Shown here piece by piece: positions 34,178 through 37,732 of a stretch of DNA of 37,732 nucleotides (position 1 is its first letter; each line of letters starts with the position of its first letter). The translations under genes were made by a program, and so were the position numbers. The stretch comes from a virus. Its lineage: Duplodnaviria > Caudoviricetes. The stretch is from IMG/VR virus record IMGVR_UViG_3300012347_000032, positions 1 to 37,732 of that record; one strand, given 5' to 3'. Below the pieces are notes generated by a model. That model searched no databases, had not been told where the DNA came from, and worked only from the letters and a program-made list of their open reading frames with translations.

Positions 34178-36015
34178 AGCTTCTCCACTTCTCTGATGTA
34201 GTAATCAAAATCCACTGGCAGCTTGCCAGCGTCACGAATGTCGTTGCAGGGCTGAACACCCCACCCCGACTCCACACCGATCTTGCGCCACACACCTGGC
34301 TTGGCCTTGAGGGGCGGCATCCACTTGAACAGGTGCCCACCACCTTCGGCGATGTAGTAGCGCGTGATGTTCTGAAGCTGCGAGGTCACACCATCGCGCT
34401 CGATTGCCAGATAGCTGGAGCGCGGCACCTTGGTGCGCAGCATAAAGTCCATGATCTCGGGCCACTGCTCCACAGTCTCGCGGATCGGCGCACCCTCGAC
34501 CAACACCTTCTCGGCCACCTTGGCAATCACTAGACCACCGTGGTTCTGGTGCCACTCCATGTCGTGCTCGTAGGCACCCTTGCGCTTGGTGCTGCCGTTC
34601 TCAAACACGCCGATGTAGTTGTTCACATCGCGGATCATCATGGCCTTGTAGATCGCCTCTTCAAGAGTCAACCCGGTGCGCTGCTGCCATGCTGCGGCAG
34701 CGGTGTCCACCAGCCACTTGTTGGCACGGGGCACCCGCACGGTCAGGCCGTCAGTGTTCACTTGGATCAGCTTGAGGCCGTCAATGTGCATCAGCCCCTC
34801 GGCCAGTACGCACAGCAGTAGCTGACCATTGAGCGTGATCGTCATGGTGTACAGCGGGTCGTAAAACACAGAGAACTGGTTGTTGCTGTCACCGTAGACG
34901 CCGTTGAGCGCCAGCTTCAGCATGGCGCTTTCAGCCGACTTCTTGGGGTACGACTTGCGCTGGTCGTACAAATTCTTGTAGATGTGGCAAAACGACTTGC
35001 CCAAGTGCTCGGGGTAGAACCCGTTGGCAATTGCCAGGTTCGGGTAATACGATGCAACGTCAAGGTCCACAATGACGAACTCGTCATCGGACTCGATCAC
35101 CTCGGACTCCACTGAGCCGTGGATGCCACCAAGACCAAAGACAAAGTCAAAGCCATTAACCCGAGCAACCACGTCTTCAAACACGCCCTTAGTCTCGGTG
35201 ATCGACTGATCCTTGAGCCAGTTGAGCACTCGGGTCAACTCGGTGTTTTCAAACTCGACCCACGGCAGTATGGCGTCCTTCAAGTGAATCACCGGGCGCT
35301 TGGTCTGCCGAGGTACGCGACCCTTGGGGCCGAAGTCGTACAGGGCGACACCGGCCTCTTCAAGTTTGAGCGAGAAGAACTCTTTGCCGATCTTAGTGTC
35401 GTTGAAGTTGAGCCAGTCTTTACCGGGGTACATGACGCACATCTTCTCGCGGAACGCGATCATGTCCATCGATTTGTGCAGGAACGCCTTGGTCTGCGAC
35501 ACATCGTGGGCGTTGTACTGCTTGAGCTTGACGATTTCACCCGGTGTGAGTGTGGTGCCCACCTTGAACGGCAAGTCCTCGATGCTGTTGGAGCGCATGT
35601 TGAACTCCAGCATCTTGAGACTGGTGGACCGAGCCTTGTTGTCAAAGTGGTGAATCTTGAACAGGTCGATCTGTTCGACGTGGCGATCTGATGGCTTGAC
35701 CTGGTGCATCCAACGGCTCTCGTCACCATCTTGCGCCGTGATGATTGCCATCGCCTTGTTGTACAGCGTCTGGGCATCGCTGTAGCCCATCTGCATCAGC
35801 GTATGGATGACGGGGTAGTCGAACCCCAAGTTGTTGAACCCGACCATCCGGGCGCTCGTATCCGAGAGATAGCGTAAAAACTCAATGATCTCTTTGGAGT
35901 CGTTGCGCTGATCGCTGATTTCAAAAGACCAGCGTAGCGGTGCTTCTGCATGTTCCAGCGCCAACGTGAAGACGTTGGGGTAGGTTTCCACATCGTAGAC
36001 ATAATCATTGTGCAT
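34159..36015 (-). CDS. DNA polymerase, family B-type
   Basis: Exo YDVETY and GFNNLGFD; polymerase DLDVASYYP, KLALNGVYG and QVNTDG; GGAG RBS before ATG 36015. Confidence 0.88.
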   Translation of the reverse strand: MHNDYVYDVETYPNVFTLALEHAEAPLRWSFEISDQRNDSKEIIEFLRYLSDTSARMVGFNNLGFDYPVIHTLMQMGYSDAQTLYNKAMAIITAQDGDESRWMHQVKPSDRHVEQIDLFKIHHFDNKARSTSLKMLEFNMRSNSIEDLPFKVGTTLTPGEIVKLKQYNAHDVSQTKAFLHKSMDMIAFREKMCVMYPGKDWLNFNDTKIGKEFFSLKLEEAGVALYDFGPKGRVPRQTKRPVIHLKDAILPWVEFENTELTRVLNWLKDQSITETKGVFEDVVARVNGFDFVFGLGGIHGSVESEVIESDDEFVIVDLDVASYYPNLAIANGFYPEHLGKSFCHIYKNLYDQRKSYPKKSAESAMLKLALNGVYGDSNNQFSVFYDPLYTMTITLNGQLLLCVLAEGLMHIDGLKLIQVNTDGLTVRVPRANKWLVDTAAAAWQQRTGLTLEEAIYKAMMIRDVNNYIGVFENGSTKRKGAYEHDMEWHQNHGGLVIAKVAEKVLVEGAPIRETVEQWPEIMDFMLRTKVPRSSYLAIERDGVTSQLQNITRYYIAEGGGHLFKWMPPLKAKPGVWRKIGVESGWGVQPCNDIRDAGKLPVDFDYYIREVEKLCLSLK

Positions 36016-36430
36016 ATTTCTTCTCCGACCAGCAATTTGGTTTCGGAGGGTATGTGTAACCACCATCGGTGCGCCCTTCACACCATGCCTTAACCCTGCT
36101 GACTGTCACGCCAACGGCGGCAGCGGCTTCGCTCAAACTGGCGTAACGTGCGCCATCAATGACCCACCATTTACTGAGTCGCGTGTTTTGCATTTGTGGT
36201 TTCTTCTCGACCCAATGGCAGTTATCTTTCGAGTAACCCTTGGTGTTGTCGCGCCGGTCAAGTTGATGCTTGGCGCTTGGTCGCAGCCCCATGTCTGCAA
36301 CGAATCTCGCAAAGTCGTTCCACTCATCGCACACTGAAACATTAATGTAGTAAATGACGTTGTGACCATGAGGGTTGTTGCATCTTTGACGCATGTTGAC
36401 CCATGCGATGTATTCAGGTGTTTTACTCAT
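36005..36430 (-). CDS. Free-standing HNH homing endonuclease with C-terminal HTH
   Basis: W.NMRQRC, VCDEW..F..F..DMG.RP, LDRRDN.KGYSKDNC.W and YASLSEAA. Confidence 0.85.
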   Translation of the reverse strand: MSKTPEYIAWVNMRQRCNNPHGHNVIYYINVSVCDEWNDFARFVADMGLRPSAKHQLDRRDNTKGYSKDNCHWVEKKPQMQNTRLSKWWVIDGARYASLSEAAAAVGVTVSRVKAWCEGRTDGGYTYPPKPNCWSEKKYAQ

Positions 36431-36450
36431 TACACGTTACTCAGTTAGGT

Positions 36451-36531
36451 GGGGATGGGATACTCGCGGACGGCGCTTTCGGTCACCCTGCCCGGATGAT
36501 TACGGGTGCCCCTTAACGATCACCCATCCCC
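36451..36531 (-). ncRNA. Candidate structured RNA element in the SSB-HNH intergenic region
   Basis: Perfect 9-bp closing stem GGGGATGGG/CCCATCCCC enclosing two internal hairpins, one with a GAAA tetraloop. Confidence 0.35.
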
Positions 36532-36538
36532 GATTCGA

Positions 36539-37228
36539 TTACTGACCGCCCAAGAAGGATGGCAGACCAGGCTGTGCAAACGGTGCAGCAGGCATGGCGT
36601 TGTAAGGATTGGCACCACAAAAGCCAGCAGGAGCACCACCAGCCACAGCGCCGAACAGACCAGACGCATCAGTAGCACCTTCACCGAAGGCCACGTCATC
36701 GGCAGCGAACTGGACAGCGATCAGGTCGCAGCGGATGCCCCGGCCGTGCTTGTTGTCCTGCAACCAAGGCTTGACAGCAGCGTTGACTCGGCAGCCACCG
36801 TACATCTTACGGGCCAACTGCTGATATGCCATCGTGTTGGCTGGGTCAACAGGTGAGCCGTCAGCCTGGATCATCTGAGGTGCGCTGTCGCGGCCAGCAG
36901 TGATGAAGACAGCACCGGCATCGGCGTAGCCATCGTAGGGCTTGAAGGTCTTCTTGTTGATCTTCTCAGCACCTAGACCAAAGCAGCGGGTCTTGCGATC
37001 TTGTTGGATCATGCCCATGACAGTCTGGGCGTGTTCTTTCCACTTCTCCAGTGCCATCGCACCGTAACGTGCCATGAATTGGGCAAAGCCCGCATGGTCC
37101 TGCGGCATGATGAACTCGGCGTTGTAGCTGATGCGAGTGGCACCAGTGGCATCGTTCACCTGCTTCTGGGGTTCTGCGAGGTGGGGGAAAGACAAACGGA
37201 CATTGGACAGAAAAATGATGTCGGACAT
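36539..37228 (-). CDS. DUF2815 single-stranded DNA-binding protein
   Basis: NVRLSFPHL, MYGGCRVNA and GIRCDLIAVQF..D..FG. Confidence 0.88.
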   Translation of the reverse strand: MSDIIFLSNVRLSFPHLAEPQKQVNDATGATRISYNAEFIMPQDHAGFAQFMARYGAMALEKWKEHAQTVMGMIQQDRKTRCFGLGAEKINKKTFKPYDGYADAGAVFITAGRDSAPQMIQADGSPVDPANTMAYQQLARKMYGGCRVNAAVKPWLQDNKHGRGIRCDLIAVQFAADDVAFGEGATDASGLFGAVAGGAPAGFCGANPYNAMPAAPFAQPGLPSFLGGQ

Positions 37229-37246
37229 TACGGTTACTCCATTGAT

Positions 37247-37677
37247 TTACGAAAGCCACGAGGGCAGGGATTCGGCAGCGGGTGCTGCCTGAACTGCGCT
37301 AAACAGCGGCGCAGCATTGGTGATGACAGCGGGTCGGCTGTCAGATTCAGGGGCCACGGTGAGCTTGCCAGCCAGCTTGCTGACGTACTCTTGGTCCATG
37401 CGTTTGAGTTGGCGCTCGGTCAGTGTGACCTTGGTGCCATCGCGCTTTTCCCATGTCAGCTTCTCAGCCTTGGCGGGAGACACGAGTTTGGTTTCATAGA
37501 TCGCAGTCTTGGGGATGCCCATCTTGACCAGCTTCTCGGCCATCTCAGCTTCAGGCAGCGCCCATGCACGAGAGCCACGACCATTGACCAGCTTGATGCC
37601 GGGGATGGTCTGACCAGCTTGCAGGCGGCGCAGGGCTTCGGCTTCGACACCTTCGAGCAACTGGCGCATCAGGGGAG
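37247..37677 (-). CDS. DUF2800 / Cas4-like exonuclease, 3' part
   Basis: IPGIKLVNGRGSRAW...KLVSPAKAEKL...LTVAPESDSRPA is the typical DUF2800 C-terminus; in frame with 880->1. Confidence 0.88.
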
Positions 37678-37732
37678 CAGCTTCCATGATCTGAGCGATC
37701 TGGGCATCGTCCATCGTGGATGGATCTTTGTC
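37678..37732. repeat. Terminal direct repeat, copy 2 (assembly circularisation overlap)
   Basis: Identical to 1-55. Confidence 0.97.

Noticed and set aside
36005-36430. Group I intron in the polymerase gene
   Set aside because: PolB is complete downstream of the HNH, including the ExoI motif, and there is no room for intron core elements
36451-36531. tRNA gene or known self-cleaving ribozyme
   Set aside because: No TTCRA T-loop, D-arm or CCA end, and no hammerhead CTGANGA core; kept only as an unknown structured-RNA candidate

Overview
The window is an apparently complete ~37.7 kb circularly assembled phage genome: bases 1-55 are identical to 37678-37732, giving a unit length of 37,677 bp. 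It looks like a P22-like podophage with no recognisable integrase. A betaproteobacterial freshwater host is my inference from the gene families. Plus-strand late operon (8569-30325): TerS, TerL, a phage GroES, P22-type portal, a Dps/ferritin-like protein, scaffold, P22-type coat, tail hub, ejection proteins, modular tail fibres and a five-gene lysis cassette. Minus-strand replication operon (1706 leftward through the contig junction to 30322): RHH-like protein, DUF2800 Cas4-like nuclease split by the junction and missed by the ORF track, DUF2815 SSB, HNH, family-B DNA polymerase, DUF3310, VRR-NUC, a short C5-MTase-like protein, SNF2 helicase and an Nmad5-like protein. A lone plus-strand Prim-Pol/PriCT-2/DUF3987 primase-helicase and a minus-strand cluster of small early genes (4376-8018) complete the genome. 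Most notable observations: a T4 holin T-like (TM+GAF) protein alongside other holin candidates and no spanin; a GTAA-N2-3-GTAA motif over several translation starts; an AACCCAwTGGGTT palindrome array tied to the early promoter and a degenerate HNH gene; a structured RNA candidate upstream of HNH/PolB; a pseudoknot or switch upstream of the scaffold gene; a leader ORF coupled to the primase; and an Ocr-like acidic protein. All family assignments come from motif recognition by eye, not from database searches.
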